Positions 1-13,738 of a stretch of DNA of 64,000 nt are shown one piece after another (position 1 is the first letter of the stretch; each line of letters begins with the position of its first letter). Made by a program: the position numbers and the translations under genes. Source of the stretch: Iphione sp. A-MEVVRFRX5 (taxonomy: Eukaryota); the NCBI GenBank assembly GCA_976226885.1, contig OZ320317.1:59706001-59770000 (forward strand). The letters run 5' to 3'. Below the pieces are notes generated by a model, which saw nothing but the letters and a program-made list of their open reading frames with translations, ran no database searches and was not told where the DNA came from.

Positions 1-1456
1 GGTTAAGGAAGGTTAGGCGTCACCATTGCAGTGCCAATAAGCTCTGAAACCTGAGGACTATTAGATCCGTACATCTTGTATGAGATCTTCTGAATAGTAA
101 TCTGATCAGTGTATTTTCAAAAGTCCTTAATATCTCAACATGGCGCAGGGAATACCTCATTGGTAAAACCTTCAACTCAGGTGAAACTTCTATATGGTTT
201 ACTGCAGTTGTAAACTGTGATATGAATTACATGTGGACTTTTCCAAAGATTACTTTAACTGGTAACATGGAGCAAGATGACAAATGACACCAAGTATTCA
301 ATGACAAATAGTGATGCATGATTTTGCATGTCGAAAGACATTGGTAACTACTATCTAACAAGCGAAATGGCACCCGTGAGAAATATAAAATCTGACATTG
401 GCATTACTTTCATTTTGAGTAAACATTTAGCCCTGGCCACGGTTCCTATGAGGCTTGCTACAGGGGTCTGTATTTCTCTCACTGCCATTTGTTTGTCACG
501 CATGTGCAGCTCTAACGACTTATTGATTCAGAATTACCTATGAACAAAGTACACCAGCTTGCATTTAGTGCCATTCCCAGAGAACGGCCAGCACCATCTG
601 GGGCATTGGAGCCATAATTGTGATGGCTGAAATAATTAGGCATATTTGTTTTGAAGTAATACATTTTGAAGTCGCTGTTGTCAATCGAAGCTAAAGTGAC
701 GTCTATGTAGTTTGGATTGTCATTGAAAGATCTTGTTTACTTCCTTTCATTCGCACTATTGTAATAGAGTAAACGTGAAATATACGTTTTCGTTCTGCTC
801 TGCAGATTCGGGTCGCACAGGAATAGCGAATATTATACTCCTCCTGGCAATACGTATAGCATTTTCCTCTAAAAAGACCAGCTTCCAAAACTAAAGGTTA
901 TCCAAACTGTTTTTCAGTTAATGTTTACTTTCCTAGAACCCGCAGGTTCTGGAAATCTGTACAAACAAATGAGAAAAACTGTATCCATCCACTGAATAGA
1001 TTTATGGTTGGGCCATGGGAGAACACGGAAGGAGCGTTTTAAAGAGACGGATGCTAAAAGCAAGTGGCAGCTCTCTCCCCAGCCAGGTAACTTATTAATT
1101 TGCGTTTCATTTAATTATTACTAATGGAGTCGGGGAGCTGGCTACCATCTACGGCAGCATCCATGTCCGCCGAACATGCTTTTGACCAATCAGGGCCTAC
1201 GTTATATGACCGTGCTTAGCCTCGTAACAACAATGAAAGCAGTATCATTACGGGCTGTTAAGCTGACTGCCTCGGCCGGTGGCCATTAAGGCGGGCAGTG
1301 TGCCGGAACCACAGGCAGAATAGAGTTCTGGACCGGGCCACCATCAACACCGTACACTTTCTCAGGCAATGGCCAACACCACTGCCCAGCCACCCCCTTC
1401 GACCCGGCACCGATGGACCTCCCTGGACCTTGACCCTTCTCACATTGAGCTAGTCT

Positions 1457-1486
1457 GTTGCCCAGGCAACCCGGCGGCCATGTTGG
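1457..1486. promoter_or_regulatory. X-box next to a YY1-like site
   Basis: GTTGCCCAGGCAAC followed by ggcgGCCATGTTgg; CCAATCA at 1186. Confidence 0.4.
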
Positions 1487-3669
1487 AATATGGCGTGCCG
1501 GCTGTCAGCTAACATTTGTTGGGCCGAGCTTGTTGTAAAGGCCAATAACGGATATGAAGGCGTGCTCATAATTGTCGGCATAGTTCAAGCACAGAGATGT
1601 CTTTGCAGATAGAGGATTACATGTCATAGCTGTTTTGGGATTTCTTGTATGTCCTAAATTTGCAAACTGGGGAAAAGATGGTAAAGCATCCTACAAGCCC
1701 AGCAGAAAACGAGGTTCCTGGCAATGCGAAATATTGCTATCGATAAAATATAGTCAATGGAAAGAATCCATTATCACGACGCGGTGATTTGAAGGAAATG
1801 TAATGAATACATGTACTTGGTATCAAGGGATTCAAGGGTCTTCGACGAATAAGACTCAAACATAACGTTCTTCTTTACTCAAACGTAAAGAAGAACGTTC
1901 CCAAAGCGTTTTGCGAAAAGGTATAAGTAAACGATGTGTATGGACATGGCCTGAACAACAAGTAGTGTGCTGGCAGCGAGGCGCTCAGCTAGGGTATATC
2001 AAATTTACATCAAGGCTGGTAATGTCTGCCCTGTCTACATCGTCCATTCCTGTGCCTAATTTGCATATGTATGCACTGTGCCCTACAAAGTTAACTGGCA
2101 CCAGATTCCAAGGCTAACTATAAACAAAGCATGACTGAATAAAAGGTGTTTATATGTCTGGATAGCAGAGCAAGTACTGCCCATACCTTCTGGGAAAAAA
2201 ATACGTCGTATACATACCCAAAGAAACCAAAAATATCCCGTCCACAAAGAGGTTAACTCTATCCACAACTACACCACCTCATCTAACCCCCCAAGCTTGA
2301 ACCAATCTAAGGAGTGTAATCATCACCAACTGAATATCTTGCTTATACGTGATATGAAATGTCAGGTTGCTCCTCGCGGCTATATGTATTTGCTGCTACA
2401 CAGAAGGTTAAGTAAAACTAGAGCATAAAAAGCACTATGTAAAGTCGCATCATTTGCATAACAATTCTATATTCTAAGTTCCCCTCCGTAAATTAGACAT
2501 TTCCTGAAACCAGGCATCAACGATAAATTTTCGCGCAACTAGTTAAAGTTCACAGATGAAAGAAGAGATTTTTATATGACGTCCCAGAAGACGGACAACA
2601 TTTCAAAGGTGTCTGAAAAGATGAATACCCATAGAAATAAGAGGTCACATTTTCATGTCATGGTATAAAAGAATATAAAGGGACACATTTTAAAGGTCTT
2701 TTTCTCTCCTCCTTAGTCTTTGATTTGTATATACCCATTCAACTACCTCTCTCATTTCAGAAGTCAGATTAACAGACAACTGGAGACATTAATCTAAGGA
2801 GGCAGATAAACACAAGGCATACCTTTAAAAAATTATAATAAATGGGTGCTAGTAAATTAACATTTGGGAAATTCCAATATCCCTTGTACATATGGATACG
2901 TCATCACAGGCAAAAATGTACCTCTCTTAACACGGTGGATATGGTCCTTTCTTTCACTTTGTTGTGAGAAACTTGGGTTATGCGAAGCACACCGTCTCAG
3001 TACAAGTTCTCATATGGATTTGGCTTTTCAATCTAGTAATAAATCATGCAGCATGTTTCTGCATGTCCTTTTCTATTTCAGCCATTTTTAGATCCATTAA
3101 TAGAAGTATAACCTCATGGCCACGTATTGCTGCACACTGTCAACGTCTTACCTTTACCTAACTTTGTAAAGGTGAAGGATACGCGATAATACAGCAACCG
3201 CAGCATGATAATGCATTCTGTCTTCAACTCTCTCTGTATCTCTTTCTTGCTCCCTGCCTCTGTCTGTCTATCTGTATGTCTGTCTGTCTGGCTGGCTGGC
3301 TGTCTCTCTCGCCCACCCCCTCCTCTTCCCGCGTCTCTGGTAGTGGGGGCCTTATGAGAACGAATATCGGTGAGTGCGAAGGGCAGGCCGTGGGAACGTC
3401 CCATTATTTGCTGTCGGTCATAAGCCAGCGGCGCCGCGAGGCCTCCGTCTATATTTATGATAACCGTGGTAAGCGAATGGGCCACTGGGCCAAGCAAAAC
3501 AATGATCATCCTTTGGTCAGCCGGGCCCAAACGTGTGTAATGAAGACTCACCCATAAATCACAGTGGCCACAACCGCTGGTGGGGACTGGCCGGGTGGGG
3601 TGTATTAAGCGTGGGGGAAAGGGTGATAGAGGGTAATGTTATAGCAGGCCAACATAATGGCGGAAGACG

Positions 3670-3688
3670 GTCACCATGGTAACAATAG
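3670..3688. promoter_or_regulatory. X-box overlapping a Sox site
   Basis: GTCACCATGGTAAC overlapping AACAATAG. Confidence 0.45.
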
Positions 3689-4726
3689 TCATTAACGCAG
3701 CGCCATGAAGGTGTGCTTAAACAAATCAAAGTGGCGCGACTAATGTCCACTACTGCCATCAATAACGGATAGCCTACAGTTACAGTTGCCGACATGTCTG
3801 CTATGTCCTTCGGCCAGCTGGCCAGCCGGACGGTCTGGCGCTCATAACGAAGAAATATAAAGGCTGTCGATGGTTTTACTATGGCGGGAGGCAGCGCAGT
3901 GGGACTGGCATGGATGGCGGATAACACGACGAATTACAAACCTTAATTAGGACGCCGAAGCAAGTATGGGAGATAGAAAAAGTGCTTAAGCCATTGGTGA
4001 AGGCAACCGCATTTCTGATGGAGGGAAAGGTACATTAGGAAATAAAAGGAAGTAAAATATGAATGACGTCCACTATCTGTCAAGATCAGATTTTTTATGC
4101 GATGCGTTGCCAAATTAGAGATCGGTAGATAGAGTCACCATCAGAAAGGGAAACCACTAAATAAAATAAGATACATAGTAATGAACAAGGACATTTATCC
4201 TAATAAACAGAGCAGACTTTTTTTTATAATCAATACTAATGCATCACTCTGTATTTACATAAGTGCACGCAAAAAGTTTTCTGGAAAACGACAAGAAGCA
4301 ATATGCCTCATATGAATGTGTTTTAGAGAGTGCTTGTCTTGGAAGAAATCTAGCTCTTTGCACCCGTTACCCACAAAAATCAAATTTATTGAATGTAGTT
4401 GGGAGGCAGAAGTGGCCAAAGACTGCCTCTCCGGTAGATCAAATCCTTTATCAGTGAGCAGCCGCACGCATATGTGTAACACTGACAACCATAGAGCATT
4501 GTCAGCCATTAAGGGCCTTGTCACGAAAGGTGTGAGAGTGACACTAACCGTAATGCTGCGGGCCATGACTAAACGGGAAAGCTGGGGGGAAGGGTAATCT
4601 ACTGAGGGCAACTCCCCATCCCCAACCCACTGCTTCCACAGACGCACGCACACTCTCACCAACCCCCCAAACCTCGGACAATGAATTTTTCAAGCACTTA
4701 CACGATTTCCCGACATCTAGTCCCTG

Positions 4727-4740
4727 GTTGCCATGGCTAC
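4727..4740. promoter_or_regulatory. RFX X-box
   Basis: GTTGCCATGGCTAC. Confidence 0.45.
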
Positions 4741-7700
4741 ACAGATCAATACATCGATGAAGTGTTTTAAGCCCACATCAAGTGCGGCAAAACGGAAACG
4801 TAGGTCGAAATGGACGGCGTGAGTACCAGGTTCAATGGCGTTAAAACAAGTGGCGACATGGCCAAACGTGTCTGCATGCACTGTCAAGTACAATGCTGCA
4901 TATCAGTAAAACTGACCCTTCTGTGCAAGTCACTTACGTGTGCCTTTCAGCTTGACATTAGTCTACCCGGATTGGTACAGTACTTCGCGGCTACCCTTCG
5001 GAACTTGGGCACTTGCCCTGGATATTTTACTATTCGACCGTCCATCCTATTCTCTTGTGTGTCCCTTATTTTCATATCAATGCTAATTCCCTGTGTAATA
5101 AATGGCCCTGTGATTTTTTTAAACAAAGTCAAAACAATGTAACTTTGGGGTTGAACAAGTAGTTGCCCCCCCCCCCCCCCGTGTAGTGAACGGGGGATCA
5201 GGAAACCAACCCGTTGAAGATTGTGTATACTGCCATTCACCTCCTTGTGTTCTACTATGCCTAACTGTCTAACAGAACTACTGCAGTTTTGAGCTGCCCA
5301 TCCAAATTTTCGATGTGGGAAGATGTTGCAGAATTCCACGTACAAGGATAACTTTAAAAAGGACACTGCCAAAGCCAAACAGGGGCCAGCGTCCTGCCTT
5401 ATTTTCGGACCATTTACTGCAACGTTTTATGTTATGCATAGAGGTATGAGTTAGGAGGTAAAGTAGGCACGCTTTCTGTATTTTTTCATTTTTATTGAGC
5501 ACATGTATCAACCACACAGACTGTTTTTCAACTATATTTATTCGCTCATGGCATTTGAACTTTTGTTTATTCAGCTTGATTCGCCTGTAATATAATTCTT
5601 GATCTCATTGTCCTTTTGTATACGCGTGTGTGTGTTTGTCTGTATGTGTGTTCTTGGTAAAGGGTATCTGCAGTGTAAAAACTGGGGTCCACCACTGAAT
5701 TTCCAAACAGGAATACAATAATCTTTTCATGTTTCACTTTCACGTTCCTATTGGTAGTTTGTCTTACTATGCTTTAGAAGTTTGACCCATTTTGCTGTAA
5801 AGGACTTCATACTTTATCTTTGACAAGGTTTGTTGTGCTGTCCAGCGTTCCCTGGTGCTTCATCACATAGACAGCACAATGGACAGATATGTGAAGCTTC
5901 AGTCTTCCTGTGTAGTGGGACAGTCTATCGACAGTGGCCCTGGGAGGAGCTGGCAGACTACAAGACTGCTCTGCTCCGGGTTCCCCATGTCATTGAGTCT
6001 GGGGAAGTAAGAAACCTAATGGTAGGCATCAGCACTGTGGGGCACGGGCAAGGAGTCACTACCAATGATTGACAAGTGTCACTGAGCAATGTGAATGGTC
6101 TGTGCACCTAGCTGTGACAAGTAGCAAAGACCCTGTCACTAACACCCCGAAACCTCGAGTTACAGTACTGGTGCCTGAGTATACAATGGCGGCTGTGATG
6201 AGAACCGAGGGTGGTTTGCACCAACTCTCAACCTTGAGTAGGCCCCCTGAGAGTTACAGGCAGGTCATGACCTATGGTCTGCCTTACACCAGAGCAGTAA
6301 GTTAGACCTTGGGGCTGGTTTCCCTTATCCTGAGGGTGGGGAAAGGGGGTATAGCCAAGCACCAACAGGTTTGGGGTGGTACACTTGGGGAGGGGGAAAG
6401 AGGCACACTCACTTACTCTGCTGGTCCTACCAAGTCACTCCTCAGCTCCTCACTAGTTTGGATCCCACAGTGCTCTGTTAAAATTACACATTTCTGTTTA
6501 CTGACATTTAGTTCTTAACTGTAAAGTAATCTAAGGCAGTTTCCATAAGATGCGGACTTTTGTGCTCAATGTAGTAAAACTGTATTTAAAGCAAGTCATA
6601 TATCCATGAGGGATATGCAAAATACAGACATGCATTATTAATATGATGATTTCCGTGATAAATATGCATTGATACTTAGGTCCCTACTACTATCAATAAT
6701 TACTAGACGGACTCTGACGTTCATCAAAACGAGAAACGTATCCCCGTTAGGCTTCATCGCTAGTCTAGTTTCATGCAGAACAACGTAATACCAAAAGTCA
6801 TACAGTGAAACAGCAGAGGGTGGACATTCTAGAAAAAAAGTCTTAGATTTTGATTTTTTCTAGTATCAGATATAACATCAAGCATTTCTGTCCTGTATAA
6901 GTCTGTTTGCCATGTGCTATCGTAGAAATATGTATCTGTATAGAGACAGTGCGACGAAACTGTTCAATATCAAAACCAGAATTAGAGTGTAGATACCAAC
7001 GGGGAAACAATCAGTATTCAATAAGAAAGGAAATGGGTGAAGACACTATATTTTTAACGTTCTCCAAATGGGGAAACGGGTGCGGATGGGCTGTTCCTGC
7101 TGATGCCACCACAGCGTTCCTAACTACCTCAAACATTCTCCACTTTTATAAACCCTTTGTCAACACTCCGGCATCGTCAGATTAGAACCGCATCAGGTTA
7201 CTGACCAAAGTGACGCTCCGCACTGTGTGGGCCTCATGCTCGGAGGAAGGGTCTTCTCACGCCAGTCAATACAGAGCTTAGGGAGGGCCAGACCGGCAGG
7301 CCCGGCTGATCGGACTAAAACGAGTGCAGTTCATCAAAACCGCACCTGGGACCGCGCTGCTACGAGCCGTCTGAGAATCATTAGTGGAAGTCAATTCCTG
7401 CTCCGGGGATCCTGGTGAGAACATGAGTTTTAAAGCTGGTCGTGTTGGCGGAATACTCACCGACGCACTCCTCCGATTGGGGGAACCGTATACAGCAGGG
7501 TACGCGCGACAGGAACATGGGAGGAGTGGTAGGTGGAGTGTTGGAACAGAACGCACAGAAATGATGGTGAACAGCTTCCTTGGGTTTTCCATATAAGTGT
7601 GTATCAATATACACATGTAAATGTGTAGGTATATTTATATATGATTTTAATATAGGGAGGATTTACTTAAATTGGACATTTTTAGACAGATACTCATGTT

Positions 7701-10700
7701 TTTTACTCATTAACTGCAACGGGGCCGTGTGCATACGTCTGCGATCCTGAACAAGACAAGATGTGAAACTTCGTTAATGACTCCTTATCACAAAACTGCG
7801 AACGTTCTACTGTTGGGCAGTAATCACTGCAGTTAGTTATGCCTTGCTCATCATCAGGACGGACCATGACGCTACTGTCCTTACATGGCGCTTACTCTCC
7901 TCACATATATCTTCCTCCCTTTCAGCGCAACCACCAAGCACACACCAACCTGTGGGCCAACATGTTGAAACCAGCGCGCGTGGTGGGCGGTGTGTGGGCA
8001 TGCATTAATGATGGTACCACTGTTGGCAAGCAGACATCCTAGAGACCTGTGGTAAGACAAGGAGACTGACGGGTGGGTTAGAACGACAGAGGGGATATCA
8101 CTCGGAGCTGTGCATACGAGCAGCACTAACAGAAAGATTGAGAGATTTCAGTAAGGAGGATATCAGGATCTCACAAATTACAGGATATTTCGGAGAAGCT
8201 CTAACACGTCGTGTTTATAAACCATTATGAAGCGAATTAATATGGAAAGAAAAAGGGGTTGGGTTCAGGAAGATACAATATTCAACTTAGAAGGATAACG
8301 TGAGCCTTTAACAACTACTTTATTTATAGCTTTAGCAGTGGTAGGAATACGTTCCTAGTAGGTCTAGAAATTTGGGTAAGGCAATACATTTCTTGAAAAA
8401 AGCAATTGGTGAACATCTAAAGTGAGAAGATTCTCAAGGAAAACAGGATCGAAGGAAGGCTCAAGGGTCTGAACATTCCGTAGGCGAATACTGAAGAACG
8501 CCGGACAGAGAAGGCAGCTAGAATGGAGGAGAGGGTTGCTAGTGAACGTGAGGTTAATGTGTTAGGCTGCCTTCAAATATGAGCAATGTTCTAACGGCCT
8601 TTCGAATATGCAGTTAAATATGCAAGGCACACACAGCGAACCTCCTCTGCATGGAGTCCACGTTGTGTAATGGGAAATTAGGCCCCTGAGGTGAATACTT
8701 TTATGCGCCACATTAAATGTACAGTAATGTATTGAGTAATCATGTACAACCCACCACGCCTTCCCATTAGGGCCACCAATTCATTACTTAATACCGATCA
8801 CTGACTTGTATTTTATGTTGTAGCTCATTAGCCGGTATTGTGGGAGTAAATTTACGACACTTACAACCGACAGGACAAATTATTAATAAACACTCTCCTA
8901 TGGTGATGATCATGGTACATTAATGTTTATCGACACACTCCATATTGATACATTTAACCGCGATCGGAATATAAATAAGGCACTGATAGGTGGGCTGAAG
9001 GGGTTTCTTCGCCAGGAGAAAATAACCGATTGCATGTACTACTTCGGTGCATATTTTACCTGACGCGTGCTTTCACAGAACCCAGGAAGCACTCTCCCAC
9101 TTGAAGCAATGCATTAAATATAACAGACGCGCCCCGTGATAGAACCCAATATTCACTGATAGAGAGCTTACGGATGGCACAGCTATCAATACGTAGTTCC
9201 ATAAAACCACCTCCCTCCCTCTTTAATACTGCCCTATACTGTCAGTGGTGGAGGAAGGAGCGCGTAAGACTGTTAGATAAGCGAGCATTGCCAGCTATAC
9301 GTAGATGGGGGACCCGGGTACGTGGTGACTCAGCAGGAACCATACAGAACAGTGTGGAAAGTGGCTGCCGCCGGGGAAGGCAGATCTGTGAACACTGCTT
9401 GGGTGTCACATTCAGGACGACCAGACGTCCAGGGTTTTTACTTTGAACGTGACATAATACTACATTCGGTCCTGCACTTGGGACATACTCCTCATTACGA
9501 TGCTGTAACGGTGGATCTGTCCACGTTTATCAGTCTGTGGAAGTCACGCAACAATAAGAACCAGTTTCTGTTTTTATGAGCCGGACAATGATATTGCAAT
9601 GAGAACGATCTCTCAAAGATGGATTCCATTAGACTACAGGTGTATATCGTACATCAATTACAAAACATTATCAATTATATACATGGAAATGGGGAGAAAG
9701 AATGTTTGCCAACATTGTTATGGCTTATCATGTAATAGATAGAATTATTCTTTTTAAGATGATGTATAGGATGATTTTAATAGTTACCAACCATTCCCAA
9801 CGTGCTAGTGAAGCTTTCTACTGATATGGACTATTGACTTGCGTGGCTCATAAATTGCGTTAATTCATAAATCGTGAATATTCTAACTTAATAGGATACA
9901 TGTGCTGAAGTGCGTAGTTTTCGTCATCACTAACGTTTTTGAGAATCATGGCCCGCACTACTGGGGAGACCGATGTTAACGTTCATCCAGGAAGCCGTTA
10001 CAAATTACCCTTAACATTAACCTTGACATACACCTAACCCGTTCAGCCCGTTCAGATTTCTCTACTTCTTTTTTTAGGAACACACATCCCCTTCTCCCCT
10101 TTCAATACAGGCGTTACAACAAAGCCGAGAAGGGCCGAAATGCAATTCGGTAACGGCACGGCCGAGATCGCTTCGGGATGTCGCCTACCTTGCGTAGTAG
10201 TAACGGGGAGTTCACTTGCCGGTCATTAGCTACTAACATCATTAAGCAACAAAGACAATACAATTAGCCACTGTCCCAGCAGGGGCGCCGTAAACAGCGT
10301 CACGTGGCAACAAGAGCCACCTAGTGATCGACTGCAACCATTCTACTAGACACCGCTCTACCTATTCGCCAGAGTAGACCACCATTATGGGTCAAACGAC
10401 CAGGTTTATGTGTATATATACAATCACTAGAGTAGGCTGCCGGTACTGTACTAATACATCGAGTGCCCCTACAGACTCACTCTGCTTGCCCGATACGGCC
10501 GCGTCAAAAACAAGTCCCATGCCATTTTGCAGTACCCGGTGAACGTTACGGCCTTACAAAGGGCCAGGATCAGTGTGTTCCCAATGGGAAATACAGCTCA
10601 CACCTGGTCCTCAAATATGGTTACCAGAGGCAGGGTTACTATGGGGCGGCTGTAAGAGACAAAGTGTCAGCCTGATGTACAGAGGTCTATACCGCCTGTT

Positions 10701-10910
10701 GTACAGGGACTAGATAGATCAGTATATTTACATGTACAGGTATACACGAAGACAACATTACAATTTGTACATGTGAACTGGAAGTAGATAGGAGCAGATA
10801 TATACAAACAAAGATTCGTTTTAAGTATGTATCCGGTGGCAACTCTATAAGGCTGTGAAACCGCATGCTCTGAGTTTCAAAAACGGGACAAGTCCCATTT
10901 TCCACACAAC

Positions 10911-11350
10911 ATGGCCCGTGTTTTCGTGAGAAGTACATTATATAGAGAAAGTGACAGTGAAAGGGCATTGTTAGCTATGTTTCCTTCAGAAAGGAACATA
11001 TTTCATTTCCTCACTTTTCCTTATACCGCCTCATCAGTTTTGCCCTTTTTCGCCCAAGTTTCCATGAAATATGGCATTTTCTGCTGCATTTCCATGAATT
11101 TTGAGTTTTTTTGGCTGAGTTTCCATGAAATATGCCATTTTCTTTCATTTTTAAGAATAGTTTGCCTGATATATGATTTGTATCAGTCGAATTTGGTTGT
11201 AATGTTTTGTTTATTTCTGGGGTTTTTATGTGTTTTCATGCCCCAAAACATCATGCACATGTTAACACTGTAACCATCTTTAATGTTTGTACAGTCGTTA
11301 TAGGATTTTTAAAAAGCACGGCCTTAGAAACACCGCCTATGCCTACACGT
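10911..11350. repeat. Older dispersed repeat, interrupted by the LTR element (appears to continue from 14334)
   Basis: ggctgagtttccatgaaatatgccattttct...tttgcctgatat...cagtcgaatttgg is homologous to 34910-35000; tttcctcacttttcc recurs inverted near 26830; catggaaacccagcctaat (14341) resembles catgggaatccagcctaat (35460). Confidence 0.6.
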
Positions 11351-11949
11351 TGTAACGTTTTGGAGTTTGATAAGAGCATTCTGGAATGTTCTGTTTTGGT
11401 TCCCAGCTGATTACTGGTACAAGACCTCGATTTTCACTTTGTTGTGACTTAATTATCAGTGAAAAAACTACTCCTGATGGGAGGGGGACTCCTGGAGCGT
11501 TGGGACTGATCATTAAGTGTGAAGGGGTTTCCCTTATTTAATATTAACTGTTGTTCTGTCTTAATTGCTTCATATATTATTATTCTACTCTTATAAATAA
11601 ACTCTGACTCCATTATGTGGATCAATCAGTTTATCTCTCTTACAAACTCTGACTCCATTATGTGGATCAGTCGGTTTGTTTCTCCTTTGTGTATATAATG
11701 TATACATGCTCTCGAGCCTCAGACATGAGCTCGTCGGTTATTTTCGGAAACGGTGATGTCACGATGACGTCGCATATGACTTCATGTCTGGTTTTGTTGT
11801 ATATAAGATTGGAATAAACTCTTCAGGATTCATTCTGCTAGAATCCACCACGCTGTGATCTGCATCTCGACTTAGCCTTGGTTCTTTCATATGGCTTCCA
11901 AAAGTCTTGAAAGAGGGGACGTGAACTCGCACCTTACTGGGAGGTAACA
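11351..11949 (+). repeat. 5' LTR (599 bp)
   Basis: TGTAACG...GGTAACA; contains a 45-bp-period internal duplication (aaactctgactccattatgtggatca at 11599 and 11644), a TATA-like gtatataag and AATAAA. Confidence 0.95.
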
Positions 11950-11951
11950 TT

Positions 11952-11969
11952 TAGCGACCCGGACGAGAC
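11952..11969 (+). other. Primer binding site, tRNA-Arg-like
   Basis: tagcgacccggacgagac, 2 nt after the LTR; 14/18 match to the complement of a recalled vertebrate tRNA-Arg(CCG) 3' end (TGGCGACCCAGATGGGAC). Confidence 0.65.
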
Positions 11970-12353
11970 TCTGTTTTACAGAGGGAGAACGAGACTATGT
12001 TCTTAGGAGAGCATATGAGACTCTGTCCTAGGGAGCATGGACAGGACAATGTTCTAAGGAGAACGGACAGGACCATGTCCTATGGATAGGGGACGGGATG
12101 ATGTCCCTCAGAGATGTGACGAGATGACAAGATGAACACCAAAGGAGTTGGGGCGCTGCAGTACCAAATGAGGTGCTCCCCACTTTTGAGGTGTTGGTGC
12201 GGTGACTGTTTGCAGTGATGGTAAGATAGGAGAAAACTTTCTATTTCTGTTTCTGGTGTGTATTTATGGTGTGCAAAAATGGTACAGGATAGGGAGGTAG
12301 TTTTTGTTGATGCAACTGAGCAGTGGAAGGAAAACTCTCGAAATATGTTAGTA

Positions 12354-12704
12354 ATGGATGAGGAGAACAGAGCTCGACAAGACGATGAAATTTTGGCCCT
12401 TGCCTCCATTTATGGAAATAATTGGAGTGTAATAAATGAAGTAGGACGAATTTATTGTGTCACGGTATCTGCCAGAAGGGTAGATCGAGTCCTGACTGTA
12501 AAACTTGAGGTAGAGTTTATTCCTGAATATCCTGCGACAGCTTCACCTTTTTATCTGTTAAAAGTTCCATGGATGCGGGATGATCAGAGGACCACGTTGG
12601 AAAGTATGTTAAAGGACACATTCTGTGCCCATATGGGGGAAGTTATTGTCTTTTTGTGGGTAGAGGGAATCCGTGACTATCTGTACCAGTTGGTAGGGGC
12701 ATAA
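12354..12704 (+). CDS. IMPACT: Intronless IMPACT-like RWD domain (116 aa) inside the LTR element
   Basis: MDEENRARQDDEILALASIYGNNWSVINEVGRIYCVTV...KLEVEFIPEYPATASPFYLLKVPWMRDDQRTTLESMLKDTFCAHMGEVIVFLWVEGIRDYL aligns end to end with recalled human IMPACT 1-~115 (QNEEIEAMAAIYGEEWCVID...EYPGTAPPIYQLNAPWL...GESILYLWVEKIRDVL). Frame is intact; upstream in-frame ATGs at 12279 and 12345; stop falls right after the domain. Confidence 0.9.
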   Translation: MDEENRARQDDEILALASIYGNNWSVINEVGRIYCVTVSARRVDRVLTVKLEVEFIPEYPATASPFYLLKVPWMRDDQRTTLESMLKDTFCAHMGEVIVFLWVEGIRDYLYQLVGA

Positions 12705-13726
12705 GTTTGGCACACAGTAGTTTGTTATCCAGAAACAGAATGATGAAAGTTAGGCACATCGTACTCGCAATCCTTTCAACATGCCAACTTTCGAGTGTTA
12801 GGCAGTCATTTCAAGTGAGTGACTGGTGCCTAAAGGGAAGCTCGAAGAAGTAATCAAAGGAGCCTAAGTGGAACGTGCTCAGTAACAAAATTGTAGGTAG
12901 GAGTGAATACGCTTGCGCATGGAGTGCATGGAGCGTACCCCGCTGGGATCATGCTGGGAGCACAGGAGGGTCCAAAGGCTGGTTGTTTGGTTTAGACAGG
13001 CAAGTCTATGGCATATAGTTGTATAGGAGGAGTAGCTTTGACCAGGGAGATGTCAGGCTACATATTTTCCGATGATGGATTGCGTCGGGCCAAGGAGTTC
13101 AACAGCGGTTTGCAGTAGAAATACCCAGGCCTTCAATAAAGGTTGTTCGCAGATCTTCACGTCTTCTGTGGGCTACAGCTCCAGTTTCATCGACCCATCG
13201 TAAGGGACGTCTTCGCGGAATGGGTAGTTGGTGTCTTCTCTGTGACTGAGAGATGGACTCTGCTGCTGACAATTAGTATTTCTTCTCCACCACCCAGTGA
13301 ACATTAGAAGTATTTAGTAAAATACATGGAGAGATGCATATCTGTAAACGTCTTTGTCTTGAGGTATTTTGTAACTGAGAAGAATGCTTATGAACTTGGT
13401 ATTTGTTGAATATATCTTACTTTGTTTTGCCTGTGATCAAGATGAAAGTGTCTGATGTGTTATATTTATGGTTGTAAGTAGGAGCAATACTTACGTATGT
13501 GTTGACAGAGTTACATCGAATTTAAACAAACATTGCTCGGGTTTTGTTAATGAAGAGTGTTTGATTTAAAGAGGTTGGTGTCAAAGTAAGTAATCAGTCT
13601 GAACCAAAAAGGGATGAACAATGTGGGAAGGTATGCCACGCTAACTAACACCATTAACTTTACTAACGGGTAACCTAGCTTAAGGCGTAACATGCATGCT
13701 GGCTTTTTATCCTCAAAAGCTTTTTT

Positions 13727-13738
13727 GAGGGGGAGGAA
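13727..13738 (+). other. Polypurine tract
   Basis: gagggggaggaa directly abutting the TG of the 3' LTR; overlapped by an 8-bp-stem hairpin cctcaaaa-gctt-ttttgagg (13711-13730). Confidence 0.85.

Noticed and set aside
5916-6296. Two plus-strand exon-like segments ending in gtaaga/gtaagt
   Set aside because: Splice phases do not join and the peptides are unrecognised.
12705-13720. Rest of IMPACT or gag/pol remnants in the RWD element (SDDG and WSAWS-like peptides)
   Set aside because: Only short chance motifs in stop-interrupted frames; no extended similarity.
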